Below, in pieces: positions 54,912 through 64,000 of a stretch of DNA of 64,000 bases. The notes beneath the pieces are model-generated. The model saw only the letters and a program-made list of their open reading frames with translations, did no database searches and was not told the origin of the DNA. The stretch covers positions 15,252-79,251 of the forward strand of contig JAQWGQ010000018.1 of assembly GCA_029238125.1 (NCBI GenBank). Direction: 5' to 3'. Made by a program: the position numbers and the translations under genes. Origin of the DNA: Flavobacteriaceae bacterium (GTDB lineage: Bacteria > Bacteroidota > Bacteroidia > Flavobacteriales > Flavobacteriaceae). Every line of letters starts with the position of its first letter. Position 1 is the stretch's first letter.

Positions 54912-55529
54912 ATGAAAACCTATTTTTCTCTTTTACTTTTGATCGTTTTTGGACTTCAGCAGCTTGGCGCGCAAGAAACACGAACAAGCCAAATGTCTAT
55001 TCCAATTGCGATTGGCTTTGGATTAAAAGAGGGTATGGAAAGCGAGGGAATAGGAGGGGTTTGCTCCATAGGTTGGCAAAAAACTTTAGATAAAAACAAT
55101 CGCTGGCGTTTGCAACCTTCATTCACCTTTGGCGAATACACAACATCAGGTATATCAGATACAAGAGATGCTTTTTTTAGAACCACGTCTATTGAAACCA
55201 AGTTACACCATGACTTGTTGAAATACAAAGCTTTTTCAATTGTACTAACAGGGGGTGTTTTTTTGACCACAGAAAGGGGGCTAAAAGGAGGTGGTGGAGA
55301 GCTTATGAATAGATCAAAGTCAGGTTATTTTTCAAATTTTTATTATGGCGGATTGGGATCTGCGGGGATTAGGATAAGCCCAAAAAAAAGCAAAATCGAC
55401 TACGAACTTAAGCCGATTAACTTTCGGTTTGGGAAAGATCAGTATTTTGCGTTTGCAATTTTAGTTGGAATCGATGTCAAATTAGACAATTATAAAGCAA
55501 ACAAACAGCTTCGTTTTTTTGACGATTAA
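54912..55529 (+). CDS. Small outer-membrane beta-barrel-like protein (hypothetical)
   Basis: Signal peptide MKTYFSLLLLIVFGLQQLGAQ, alternating hydrophobic strands with Gly-rich turns, and an aromatic-rich C-terminus (QLRFFDD). Confidence 0.45.
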   Translation: MKTYFSLLLLIVFGLQQLGAQETRTSQMSIPIAIGFGLKEGMESEGIGGVCSIGWQKTLDKNNRWRLQPSFTFGEYTTSGISDTRDAFFRTTSIETKLHHDLLKYKAFSIVLTGGVFLTTERGLKGGGGELMNRSKSGYFSNFYYGGLGSAGIRISPKKSKIDYELKPINFRFGKDQYFAFAILVGIDVKLDNYKANKQLRFFDD

Positions 55530-55535
55530 CATCCT

Positions 55536-55567
55536 CTTGCTAAAGGGCAAGAAAAAAAGTACTTTTG
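55536..55567 (+). promoter_or_regulatory. Candidate Bacteroidota promoter for tig (-33 CTTG at 55536-55539, -7 TACTTTTG at 55560-55567)
   Basis: TTG, a 20-nt spacer and TAnnTTTG, 21 nt upstream of the tig ATG at 55589. Confidence 0.4.
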
Positions 55568-55588
55568 CGCTTCCTTAAACAAAATGCT

Positions 55589-56908
55589 ATGCAAGTAACG
55601 CGCAAAGACGTTGATGCTCTAAGTGCAGTAATCACTATCGCCATCGACAAATCGGATTTGGCACCAAAGATTGAGTCTGTACTCACTTCCTATCGAAAAC
55701 GCGCCGACATACCTGGCTTTCGCAAGGGCAATGTACCCATGGGATTGATCAAAAAGCAATATGGTGCTGCCATCAAAGCCGATGAGGCAAACAAAATGCT
55801 GCAGGAGTCACTTTCCAATTATATCAGCAAAGAAAAAATTGCCTTATTGGGCAATCCACTCCCTGTTGAGCGCGAAGACTTTGACTGGGATGCCGACACC
55901 ATGTTGTTTGACTTTGAGTTGGGATTGAGTCCCGAATTTGAAGTAAAACTCAAAGGTCGCAAGTCTGTCACACAATATGAGATCACTGCCGACGCCGAGA
56001 CCATCGATAAGCAAATCGATCGGATGCGTAGTCAGTATGGAAGCTTACATGCCGAAGATACTGTCGCTGATGGTGTTGAGATTACAGCCCAGTTTACAGC
56101 TGAGGACGTGGACAACAAGTCCACCTTGTCTATTGACGATATCAAAAGCAAATCCCAAAAGAAAAAACTATTGGGTGCTAAAGTTGGCGATACCATCGAA
56201 CTCAAAACCAAAGGGCTTTTTGCCGATGATCACAAGTTGATGCATGTGTTGGGTGTGGACCACGACAAGGCACATGGCTTGTCTATCACTGTGAGTTGTA
56301 AAATCGAAGAAATCAACCGCAGAGAACTCGCCGATATGGATCAAGAGTTTTTTGATAAGGTTATGGGGAAGGACGCTGTGAAAAGCGTATCTGAACTCAA
56401 AGAAAAACTTATGGCAGATGCAGAACGTCAATTTGCAACCCAATCCGATCAGAAAATGCTAAACGACGTTACGGAGTCTCTGATTGACAACACCAAATTT
56501 GATTTACCTGCCGCTTTTTTAAGAAAATGGATGCAGACTTCCGGTGAAAATCCAATTTCTGAAGATCAAGCAGCCGAGGAATATGACAAAGCCGAACGCG
56601 GGATTCGATACCAATTGATCGAGGCGAAATTGGCGGAGCAGTACGACCTGAAAATCGATCGTGAGCAAGTCAAATCCTTTGCCAGAGATATGATTCAAGG
56701 GCAAATGGCGCAGTTTGGTCGCACGGATGTATCCGATCAAGAACTCGACGATATCGCAGAGCGAATTTTGGGAAATCAAGACGAAATCAAGCGCATCTCT
56801 GATCAGTTGATGAGCAAGAAAATGACCGATCTGTTTCGTGCGGAGGCCAACCTAAAGACCAAGAAAGTAAGCTACGAAGATTTTGTCAAGCAAGCATACA
56901 AATCATAA
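55589..56908 (+). CDS. tig: Trigger factor
   Basis: MQVTRKDVDALSAVITIAI...IPGFRKGNVPMGLIKKQYG is the ribosome-binding GFRxGxxP motif. It lies upstream of clpP-clpX. Confidence 0.93.
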   Translation: MQVTRKDVDALSAVITIAIDKSDLAPKIESVLTSYRKRADIPGFRKGNVPMGLIKKQYGAAIKADEANKMLQESLSNYISKEKIALLGNPLPVEREDFDWDADTMLFDFELGLSPEFEVKLKGRKSVTQYEITADAETIDKQIDRMRSQYGSLHAEDTVADGVEITAQFTAEDVDNKSTLSIDDIKSKSQKKKLLGAKVGDTIELKTKGLFADDHKLMHVLGVDHDKAHGLSITVSCKIEEINRRELADMDQEFFDKVMGKDAVKSVSELKEKLMADAERQFATQSDQKMLNDVTESLIDNTKFDLPAAFLRKWMQTSGENPISEDQAAEEYDKAERGIRYQLIEAKLAEQYDLKIDREQVKSFARDMIQGQMAQFGRTDVSDQELDDIAERILGNQDEIKRISDQLMSKKMTDLFRAEANLKTKKVSYEDFVKQAYKS

Positions 56909-56938
56909 ATTGTCTATCTTTAAACCATAACAAGCACA

Positions 56939-57598
56939 ATGGACCACGGTAAAGAGTTTAAAAAATACGCGATTCAAGAGCATGGAATCAACAGTTTGTA
57001 CTACGACCAATTGGTAAGTAGTATGACTCCGTATATTATTGAAGAACGCCAAATGAATGTGGCACAAATGGATGTATTCTCACGTTTGATGATGGATCGC
57101 ATTATCTTTCTGGGAACTGCCATCAACGACAGTGTGGCCAATATCATTCAGGCACAGTTGTTGTTTTTGGAGAGTACCGACAAAACCAAAGACATTCAAA
57201 TCTATATCAATTCACCAGGCGGAGGGGTATATGCCGGTTTGGGCATCTATGACACCATGCAGTTTATCGGTCCTGATGTGGCCACGATTTGTACGGGGAT
57301 TGCAGCTTCAATGGCTGCGGTACTTCTCTGTGCAGGCGCCGACGGAAAGCGCTCTGGACTCACGCACTCTCGTGTGATGATCCACCAACCTTTGGGTGGG
57401 GCACAAGGACAGGCGTCGGATATTGAAATTACGGCTCGTGAGATTTTGAAACTCAAAAAAGAACTCTACGAAATCATTGCCAAGCACTCTGGACAGAAAT
57501 ACGATAAGGTCTATGATGACTCAGATCGGGATTATTGGATGAAAGCCCCCGAGGCGAAAAAATACGGAATGATCGACGAAGTCTTGGTCAGAAACTAA
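56939..57598 (+). CDS. clpP: ATP-dependent Clp protease proteolytic subunit
   Basis: Catalytic context TICTGIAASMAAVLL and MIHQPLGG. 219 aa. Confidence 0.97.
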   Translation: MDHGKEFKKYAIQEHGINSLYYDQLVSSMTPYIIEERQMNVAQMDVFSRLMMDRIIFLGTAINDSVANIIQAQLLFLESTDKTKDIQIYINSPGGGVYAGLGIYDTMQFIGPDVATICTGIAASMAAVLLCAGADGKRSGLTHSRVMIHQPLGGAQGQASDIEITAREILKLKKELYEIIAKHSGQKYDKVYDDSDRDYWMKAPEAKKYGMIDEVLVRN

Positions 57599-57604
57599 CA
57601 CCCC

Positions 57605-58834
57605 ATGGAAAACAAAGAACTTACCTGCTCCTTTTGTGGAAAAAAGAAAGACGATACCAATCTGTTGATTGCTGGATTGGACGCTCATATTTGCGATCGC
57701 TGTATCGAACAAGCCAATGGGATTATTCTCGAGGAATCAACGCACAAAGTAGTGGAGGCCAACCGAGAAGACATTTCTTTAGGCAATCCCAAGAAAATTA
57801 AAGCATTTTTAGATGATTACGTCATCGGCCAGGATTACACCAAAAAGGTGTTATCTGTAGCGGTCTATAACCACTACAAACGCTTGCTTCAGCCAAAAAG
57901 TGATGTAGAAATTCAAAAAAGCAATGTCTTGATGGTTGGAGAAACCGGAACGGGCAAAACACTCATCGCCAAAACGATTGCCAAAATGCTCAATGTGCCT
58001 TTGGCGATTGTCGATGCTACCGTGTTGACAGAGGCAGGTTATGTCGGGGAAGATGTGGAAAGCATACTCACGCGACTTCTTCAAGCGGCCGATTATGACC
58101 AAAGCAAGGCGGAAAAAGGCATTGTATTTATTGATGAGATCGATAAAATTGCTCGTAAAAGCGACAATCCGTCGATTACCCGCGATGTTTCAGGAGAAGG
58201 TGTTCAGCAAGCATTACTGAAACTTTTGGAAGGAACGGTTGTCAATGTACCCCCCAAAGGCGGTAGAAAACACCCCGATCAGAAGTTTATCGAAATCAAT
58301 ACAGAGCACATCCTGTTTGTCGCAGGTGGCGCTTTTGATGGGATTGAAAAACACATTTCCAAACGGCTCAATATGCAGTCAGTGGGCTATAGTGCTGCCA
58401 AAAAAGGTGATCACTATGGCGGGTCAAACAACTTACTTTCCTATTTGGTTCCCTCAGATTTGAAAGCATTTGGTTTGATTCCAGAAATTATCGGACGCTT
58501 GCCAGTGCTGACTCATATGGACTCCCTAGACGCCAAAGCACTACGTGCGATTTTAACCCAGCCCAAAAACGCAATTATCAAGCAGTATAAAGCGCTTTTT
58601 GCGTTGGATGAAATCGAATTTAGCATCTCTGATGGGGCACTTGATTTTATCGTTGAAAAAGCAGTGGAGTATAAGTTGGGGGCACGTGGTTTGCGTTCAC
58701 TTTGTGAGGCCGTTCTCACCGATGCGATGTTTGAGCTTCCTGGAACAGAAGCGAAAGAGATCCGGGTCTCCAAAACCTATGCGGAAAACAAGCTCAATAA
58801 GTCAAAACTGCAATCACTAAAAGCAGTTTCTTAG
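57605..58834 (+). CDS. clpX: ATP-dependent Clp protease ATP-binding subunit ClpX
   Basis: Zinc finger CSFCGK...CDRC, Walker [20 protein letters not shown] and the pore loop GYVGEDVE. Confidence 0.97.
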   Translation: MENKELTCSFCGKKKDDTNLLIAGLDAHICDRCIEQANGIILEESTHKVVEANREDISLGNPKKIKAFLDDYVIGQDYTKKVLSVAVYNHYKRLLQPKSDVEIQKSNVLMVGETGTGKTLIAKTIAKMLNVPLAIVDATVLTEAGYVGEDVESILTRLLQAADYDQSKAEKGIVFIDEIDKIARKSDNPSITRDVSGEGVQQALLKLLEGTVVNVPPKGGRKHPDQKFIEINTEHILFVAGGAFDGIEKHISKRLNMQSVGYSAAKKGDHYGGSNNLLSYLVPSDLKAFGLIPEIIGRLPVLTHMDSLDAKALRAILTQPKNAIIKQYKALFALDEIEFSISDGALDFIVEKAVEYKLGARGLRSLCEAVLTDAMFELPGTEAKEIRVSKTYAENKLNKSKLQSLKAVS

Positions 58835-60345
58835 CGGTTCATTTCCAGTAGAGTATTAACGAATTCCCGACTGTTTGACAACCGTGGGATTTTATTTTGT
58901 CCGCCCAGTTTATTTCTGTCTTTTAACCAATCGTGAAATAAGTTTTCTCTGCCAACATGCATTTCTAAAGAGTCGAGGGTCATGTTTTTGTATCGCTTGG
59001 CTTCATAGTCGGAGTTGAGCTCTTGCAAGCGTTTGTCGAGGTCATTCATAAATTGATCGATATCCTCAGGGGGTGATTTGAACTCCACAATCCACTCGTG
59101 CTTTCCTTTTTTCTTCCCATCCATAAAAACGGGACCTGCTGTGAAGTCAATCACCGAAGTTTGATGTGCTTTACTCACATCAGCAAGGGCGGTTTCGGCG
59201 TTTTCGATGACGAGTTCCTCTCCAAACACATTGATATGGTGCTTTGTTCGCCCCGTGATTTTAAAACGATAAGGACTGGTTGAGGTAAAGCGTATGGTAT
59301 CCCCAATTTGATAGCGCCATAGGCCTGCATTGGTCGTGATGACGACAGCATAGTTTTTTCCCGCTTCGACTTCCGACAATCGAATCACAGTTTGATTGGA
59401 TGTTCCATAGGTGTCCATGGGAATAAATTCATAAAAGATACCGTAATCGAGCATCAACAAGAGTTCGTCGGAGTCATTTTGATCCTGTATGCCAAAAAAG
59501 CCCTCGGAAGCATTATAGATTTCATAATATTGAAAATCATCACTTGGGAAAATATTGCGGTATTCGTTTCGGTAGGGATTAAAGCTGACCCCGCCATGGA
59601 AGTACACTTCGGCATTGGGCCACAATTCCAAAAGATTTTGGTGACCAGTTTGTTCTTGAATCTTTTGCAAAAGGACAAGCATCCATGACGGCACTCCTGC
59701 AAGGGAGGTCACATCCTCATTGATGCACGCCAGGATGATGGCTTTCATTTTTGTTTCCCATTCCTCCATCATGGAGACCTTATGACTGGGCGTACTTACA
59801 ATTTCTGCCCAAAGGGGTAGATTTTCGATGATAATCGCAGACAAATCACCGAAATAGGTGTTGTTTTCTTCGTAAAGAGACTTACTTCCGCCCAAGCGCA
59901 GTGCCTTCCCCTGAAAGAGTTGCGAATCGGGGTTGTTATTAAAATACAAGCTCAGCATATCTTTACCGGCCTTAAAATGACATTCGTTTAGGGCTTCTTT
60001 TGAAACAGGGATAAATTTGCTTTTGGCGTTGGTTGTACCACTCGATTTGGCAAACCATTTGATATTGGAAAACCAAAACAGATTTTGCTCTCCTTTTCGA
60101 GTCCGACCGATGAGATCTGCCAAGTCCTCATAGGCTGAGACAGGCACTTGGTCTGCAAACTGTTTGTATGAGGTAATAGATGAAAATCCATATTTCTGTC
60201 CAAACCAAGTGCTTTTGGCATGATCGATGAGTTTGTTGAGCAATTCGCCTTGCACCTCGTTGGGGTATTTGAGAAATAGCTCAATCTGATGTACTCTCTT
60301 TTTGAGGAACCAAGACAATACTGAATGGAGCAACGGAATGGTCAT
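58831..60345 (-). CDS. GH3 (auxin-responsive promoter) family adenylating enzyme, bacterial type
   Basis: 504 aa. [16 protein letters not shown] is an AMP-binding-like P-loop. [12 protein letters not shown] and [20 protein letters not shown] also fit. The overall pattern matches Bacteroidota GH3-family proteins. Confidence 0.8.
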   Translation of the reverse strand: MTIPLLHSVLSWFLKKRVHQIELFLKYPNEVQGELLNKLIDHAKSTWFGQKYGFSSITSYKQFADQVPVSAYEDLADLIGRTRKGEQNLFWFSNIKWFAKSSGTTNAKSKFIPVSKEALNECHFKAGKDMLSLYFNNNPDSQLFQGKALRLGGSKSLYEENNTYFGDLSAIIIENLPLWAEIVSTPSHKVSMMEEWETKMKAIILACINEDVTSLAGVPSWMLVLLQKIQEQTGHQNLLELWPNAEVYFHGGVSFNPYRNEYRNIFPSDDFQYYEIYNASEGFFGIQDQNDSDELLLMLDYGIFYEFIPMDTYGTSNQTVIRLSEVEAGKNYAVVITTNAGLWRYQIGDTIRFTSTSPYRFKITGRTKHHINVFGEELVIENAETALADVSKAHQTSVIDFTAGPVFMDGKKKGKHEWIVEFKSPPEDIDQFMNDLDKRLQELNSDYEAKRYKNMTLDSLEMHVGRENLFHDWLKDRNKLGGQNKIPRLSNSREFVNTLLEMNR

Positions 60346-60360
60346 AAATAGAGTATATTT

Positions 60361-61185
60361 ATGACAAAAATAACGAAAAAAAACACGATGATTGAAGGCC
60401 CTTTGCGCAAGATGAGAACGGAACTAAACGAACCGATTGACTACTATATGACGTTCCCGTCTATGTTTGTTCGTGTCAATGATCTTATTGGGAAATCAAT
60501 CTCCTTGACCCACACGGGATTTTCCTGTATGAGTTGTGGTATTGATCAACCGATTTTTAGACAGGGTTTTTGTAAGTCTTGTTTTTTTGAAATGCCAAGT
60601 GCAGGGGATTGGGTGATGCGTCCAGAGCTCAGTCAGGCCCACCTGGACATTGAAGACCGTGATTTGACGTATGAGAAAAAGGTGCAACTCCAACCTCATA
60701 TTGTTTATCTGGCAGTATCGAGCGGTCTTAAAGTAGGGGTAACACGTAAAACACAAGTACCCACTCGCTGGATCGATCAGGGGGCTCATCAGACCATTCC
60801 GATTGTGGAGGTGCCAAACCGATACTTGGCTGGAATCACTGAAGTTGCACTCAAAGCACATTACAGCGATAAAACCAACTGGCGACAGATGTTAACCCAA
60901 ACCCCCAAACCCTTAGATTTAACCGCGGAAAGAGATCGGGCTTTGTCCTACCTTCCCGATGAAGTAAAAGACTATGCCAGCAGTGCATTGCAAGAGAAAA
61001 CATTGTCTTTACAGTTCCCCCTCCAAAGTCCACCACCAAGTGTAACGAGCGTAAATCTTGTTAAGGCAAAACAATTTACAGGTACCCTTGTGGGTGTCAA
61101 GGGGCAATACCTTATTTTTTCGGATCACAAAGTGATGAATGTACGTGGGCATGAAGGGGTTTGTGTGTCTTTATCATTGGCTTAA
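60361..61185 (+). CDS. DUF2797-like protein with a four-Cys zinc-ribbon motif
   Basis: GPLRKMRTELNEPIDYYM..., CMSCG-x12-CKSCF, then VYLAVSSGLKVGVTRK. The alternative start ATG at 60388 gives MIEGPLRKM. Confidence 0.55.
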   Translation: MTKITKKNTMIEGPLRKMRTELNEPIDYYMTFPSMFVRVNDLIGKSISLTHTGFSCMSCGIDQPIFRQGFCKSCFFEMPSAGDWVMRPELSQAHLDIEDRDLTYEKKVQLQPHIVYLAVSSGLKVGVTRKTQVPTRWIDQGAHQTIPIVEVPNRYLAGITEVALKAHYSDKTNWRQMLTQTPKPLDLTAERDRALSYLPDEVKDYASSALQEKTLSLQFPLQSPPPSVTSVNLVKAKQFTGTLVGVKGQYLIFSDHKVMNVRGHEGVCVSLSLA

Positions 61186-62414
61186 TTCAATGCCCGATAC
61201 ACCTCGTTTTGAAAAGGGGTGTTGATGTCTTCCCCACCTGGCATCTGCTGGGTTAGTGCGATGCCAATGGCCTTTTTTTCTGGATCGATAAAAAAATGCG
61301 TACTGAAATAACCTCCCCACTGGAGTTGTCCAACCCCACCTGGACGATTCATTTTATCAGGAAACAAGATGACCGAAAACCCCAATCCAAATCCAGCTCC
61401 TTCTTCATTATATAGATTAGCGGTGTGATTGGTTCGGATGTTCTTTACCGTATCCGCTTTGAGAATTTGAGCCCCATTCCAAGTTCCATTGTGAAGGATC
61501 ATCAAGCAGAATTGCGCGTAATCAGTAGCTGTTGAAAACAAACCGTGGGTACCTCCATAAATGGTGTTTGCTGATGTTGGGACTTGTTGATCGTGTCGTT
61601 TGACAGTATCTCTTTCATTTCTACTGTGGAGCTTCATCATGCGCCGAGATTGCAGCTCGTCGAGGTTATAACCCGTATCATGCATGTTAAGGGGTTCAAA
61701 AATATTTGTCTTGAGGTAGGTGGGGATGGATTGTTTGGAAACTCGCTGAAGAATGAGCGCCAAGACATCTGCGCCAGCGCTGTAGTACCATTGTGTTCCT
61801 GGCTGTGCCACTAGCGGAAACGATAAAAGCGTGAATACTCTGTCTTCTAAGGATTCATGAGTACGATAGTTTAGGGTTTCATCATATATCGCTTTGAAAA
61901 GCTGCTGATCAAGTTTGCTGTCACCAAGTCCGTGAGATAGGCCTGAGGTATGGGTAAGCAAGTCGAGAACGGTCAGAGATCGATTGATCTTTTGCGTTGG
62001 GCTATCTACACCAAGATCGGGGTTGAGGGCCACACTTAATTCTTTTGCTTCGGGGATATACATTTCAATCGGATCATCAAGTGCCAAAAGGCCACGCTCA
62101 ACAAGCTGCATGATGGCAACACTGATGATGGGCTTGGTCATGGACTGGATGTAATAGATGCTATTGGGTTGAAGAGGAGTCTTTGTGGCAACATCCGCAA
62201 CCCCTTGGGCTTGATGCCAAACAATACAATCATTGAGAATAAGTAGCGTTTCAACACCTGCTAAGGTTTTGTTTGAAATCGAACGCTCATAGTGGGCATA
62301 GAGGGAGTCTATGGGATTTTGGCGAAAGTCTTGTCCATACCCAACAACGATGGATATCAGCCAAAAAACGCCAAGTAAAATGGAATATTTACTGTTAAAG
62401 TTTGATTTCTTCAT
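61182..62414 (-). CDS. Serine hydrolase, beta-lactamase/transpeptidase-like family
   Basis: Signal peptide, the SxxK motif in YIQSMTKPIISV, and a class-C-like length of 410 aa. Confidence 0.85.
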   Translation of the reverse strand: MKKSNFNSKYSILLGVFWLISIVVGYGQDFRQNPIDSLYAHYERSISNKTLAGVETLLILNDCIVWHQAQGVADVATKTPLQPNSIYYIQSMTKPIISVAIMQLVERGLLALDDPIEMYIPEAKELSVALNPDLGVDSPTQKINRSLTVLDLLTHTSGLSHGLGDSKLDQQLFKAIYDETLNYRTHESLEDRVFTLLSFPLVAQPGTQWYYSAGADVLALILQRVSKQSIPTYLKTNIFEPLNMHDTGYNLDELQSRRMMKLHSRNERDTVKRHDQQVPTSANTIYGGTHGLFSTATDYAQFCLMILHNGTWNGAQILKADTVKNIRTNHTANLYNEEGAGFGLGFSVILFPDKMNRPGGVGQLQWGGYFSTHFFIDPEKKAIGIALTQQMPGGEDINTPFQNEVYRALN

Positions 62415-63096
62415 TGACCTCTAGCTTATAGTAGGAGCGAATCCAATTGACACTCAAATATAGTAAGGGGGTATCGATTATAGCCACTAGAATTTTAAAC
62501 ACAACGCCGGAAATTAACAGACCGAGGAAAGCGTCCCATGGCAACACGCCAAAGACACATAGCAAACCAACAACGGTAAAGGTGTCGATAAACTGGGAGG
62601 CAAAGGTAGAGAAGTTGTTTCGTAACCATAGGTGTCGACCTTTGGTCAGATTTTTCCAAAAGTGATAGATGCGAATATCGATAAACTGTGCAAAAAGATA
62701 GGCCATCATCGAAGCCAATACGGCAATGGGAGACAAGGCAAAAACCTTGTTGAAGGTTGTGTCATCGATGGGCGAATTTGGGAGTGCAGGGACTACGCCA
62801 GCCAGCAGTAGAATGCCCATGGAAAAAAAGGACGCAAAAATACCTGCAACCACCACTCTGCTTGCGGCTTTTTTACCAAAAATTTCAGAGATCAAATCGG
62901 TTACCAAAAAGGTAATGGGATAGGGTAGAATGCCCACAGAAAGTTCGAACAAGCTGTTTCCCATGATTTCCCAATCGAAGGGATACCAATAGAAAAATTT
63001 CTGGAAAATCAGATTTGATACAACCAATGAAGTGATAAACAGTGCAGCGAGGTAGAGATAGAGTTTTTGCGCGGCGAGATGTTTTGAAGTGTCCAT
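62395..63096 (-). CDS. yhhQ: Queuosine-precursor transporter (YhhQ/VUT family)
   Basis: 233 aa with six TM helices. SVGILPYPITFLVTDLISEIFG and FASQFIDTFTVV are YhhQ-like. Confidence 0.75.
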   Translation of the reverse strand: MDTSKHLAAQKLYLYLAALFITSLVVSNLIFQKFFYWYPFDWEIMGNSLFELSVGILPYPITFLVTDLISEIFGKKAASRVVVAGIFASFFSMGILLLAGVVPALPNSPIDDTTFNKVFALSPIAVLASMMAYLFAQFIDIRIYHFWKNLTKGRHLWLRNNFSTFASQFIDTFTVVGLLCVFGVLPWDAFLGLLISGVVFKILVAIIDTPLLYLSVNWIRSYYKLEVNEEIKL

Positions 63097-64000
63097 TAGC
63101 GGATATTGAGATCAAAAGGAATTCGCGCTTGAATATGGTCGATTTGTGTTGTTTGTTTTGAAAATAATGATTGAAAATATTGAATTGATTTTCCAATGGC
63201 AGTATGCCCAAACGGACTTGGCTGAAGAGATTGAAGAAAGGATTCAAAATCATCGCTAAATTTGGGATAATTTGTCGTTCGATATGAGTCTGTTTCTGCC
63301 AATTTGGCGGCATAGGCAACTGCTTCTTCAAGCCCACCTAAGGCGTCAACCAAGCCAATGTTGTAAGCGTCAGAACCACTCCAGACGCGACCTTGTGCAA
63401 CCTCGTCAACTTCCTCTACACTCATGTTTCTCCCTGATGCAACACGCTCTAAAAAGGTTGAGTACACCCGTTTGATTTGTTGTTTGATTTCCTGTCTTGC
63501 CAACGGAGTGAGAGACTTCATCGGGCTGTATAACAATGCATTTGGATGCGTACTCACTTGTTCTGCACGCACGCCCCAGTTTTCGGCCAAATCCTCAACA
63601 AGGGGGAGAATGCCAAATACGCCAATTGATCCCGTGATTGTTGTGGGCTCAGCAAAGATATAATCTGCTCCTGCAGCAATATAGTAACCACCAGATGCAG
63701 CCACATCACCCATAGAAACTACCACTGGCATTTCTTCTTGTAGGGCTTGGATTTCTTGATAAATCAATTCAGAGGAAAGCGAGCTACCACCTGGAGAGTT
63801 CACACGAATGACCACAGCTTTGGTGCGATCATTTTCTTTGATTTTTTTGAGGGTTCGGATAAATAGCTCCTGCCCAATTTGAAATTCACCACCCTCTCCA
63901 TAAATGATTTCTCCTTGGGCATAGACCACTGCAATTCGATCCTTACCGTCGCCAAGAAAGGATTTGACAGTTTGTTGATAGTCTTCAATATCAATGGTAT
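63096..64000 (-). CDS. sppA: Signal peptide peptidase SppA (partial; 5' end outside the window)
   Basis: The frame stays open to the window edge (..KDRIAVVYAQGEIIYGEGG...). Motifs include VVIRVNSPGGSSLSSE, GDVAASGGYYIA and ITGSIGVFG. The TAATG junction overlaps yhhQ by 1 nt. Confidence 0.88.
   Translation of the reverse strand, partial: TIDIEDYQQTVKSFLGDGKDRIAVVYAQGEIIYGEGGEFQIGQELFIRTLKKIKENDRTKAVVIRVNSPGGSSLSSELIYQEIQALQEEMPVVVSMGDVAASGGYYIAAGADYIFAEPTTITGSIGVFGILPLVEDLAENWGVRAEQVSTHPNALLYSPMKSLTPLARQEIKQQIKRVYSTFLERVASGRNMSVEEVDEVAQGRVWSGSDAYNIGLVDALGGLEEAVAYAAKLAETDSYRTTNYPKFSDDFESFLQSLQPSPFGHTAIGKSIQYFQSLFSKQTTQIDHIQARIPFDLNIR

Noticed and set aside
55531-55558. Hairpin CTCTTGC-taaaggg-GCAAGA followed by A7 after the beta-barrel gene, considered as a terminator
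   Set aside because: The stem is only about 5-6 bp. On the plus strand it is followed by As rather than Ts, so it is not a canonical terminator for the upstream gene. The region fits a tig promoter better.

Overview
This looks like a chromosomal window from a Bacteroidota, probably Flavobacteriia-like, genome. Supporting signs are SprA, a T9SS C-terminal sorting domain, an alternative complex III operon, a GH3-family gene, TAnnTTTG-type -7 boxes and no Shine-Dalgarno dependence. The window is very densely coded, with many ATGA/TAATG start-stop overlaps, and is mostly housekeeping.

Gene blocks in order:
- a TonB-dependent receptor, apparently frameshifted
- rimP-nusA-infB
- an 11-kb respiratory operon, actABCDEF (alternative complex III) plus coxBA (aa3 oxidase)
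- an LVIVD-repeat T9SS cargo gene broken by an in-frame TAG
- ruvB-queG-ruvA-sprA-gcvH
- a VanZ-like gene and a TonB-like gene
- a cytochrome-oxidase accessory cluster: ctaB, two subunit-III genes, subunit IV, a Cys-less SCO-like paralog, SCO1, DUF420 and a small CxxC protein
- a five-gene MacB-type ABC/MFP/TolC exporter
- tsaB, an nfu-like gene, a gamma-carbonic-anhydrase-like gene and murI
- the envelope cluster ompH-ompH-bamA-uppS plus a beta-barrel gene
- nadK, a short ACT-like gene, pdxJ and an alpha/beta hydrolase
- an AT-rich three-gene islet: a HEXXH lipoprotein with a detached signal peptide, a small CX3C-capped secreted protein and a small beta-barrel
- tig-clpP-clpX
- a divergent GH3/DUF2797 pair
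- a serine hydrolase, yhhQ and partial sppA

I saw no rRNA, tRNA, CRISPR array, transposase or integrase, and no recognisable phage-defence genes. I did not find a convincing new multi-gene system. The best second-look candidates are:
- the AT-rich islet at 52.4-55.6 kb
- the GH3/DUF2797 head-to-head pair
- the broken LVIVD/T9SS gene
- several unusual features of the respiratory genes: a sixth haem domain on ActA, a His/Asp-rich loop in ActF, a roughly 120-aa insert in CoxIII, a Cys-less SCO paralog and a small CxxC protein

All family assignments come from motif and pattern recognition on the translated ORFs. No database search was run.
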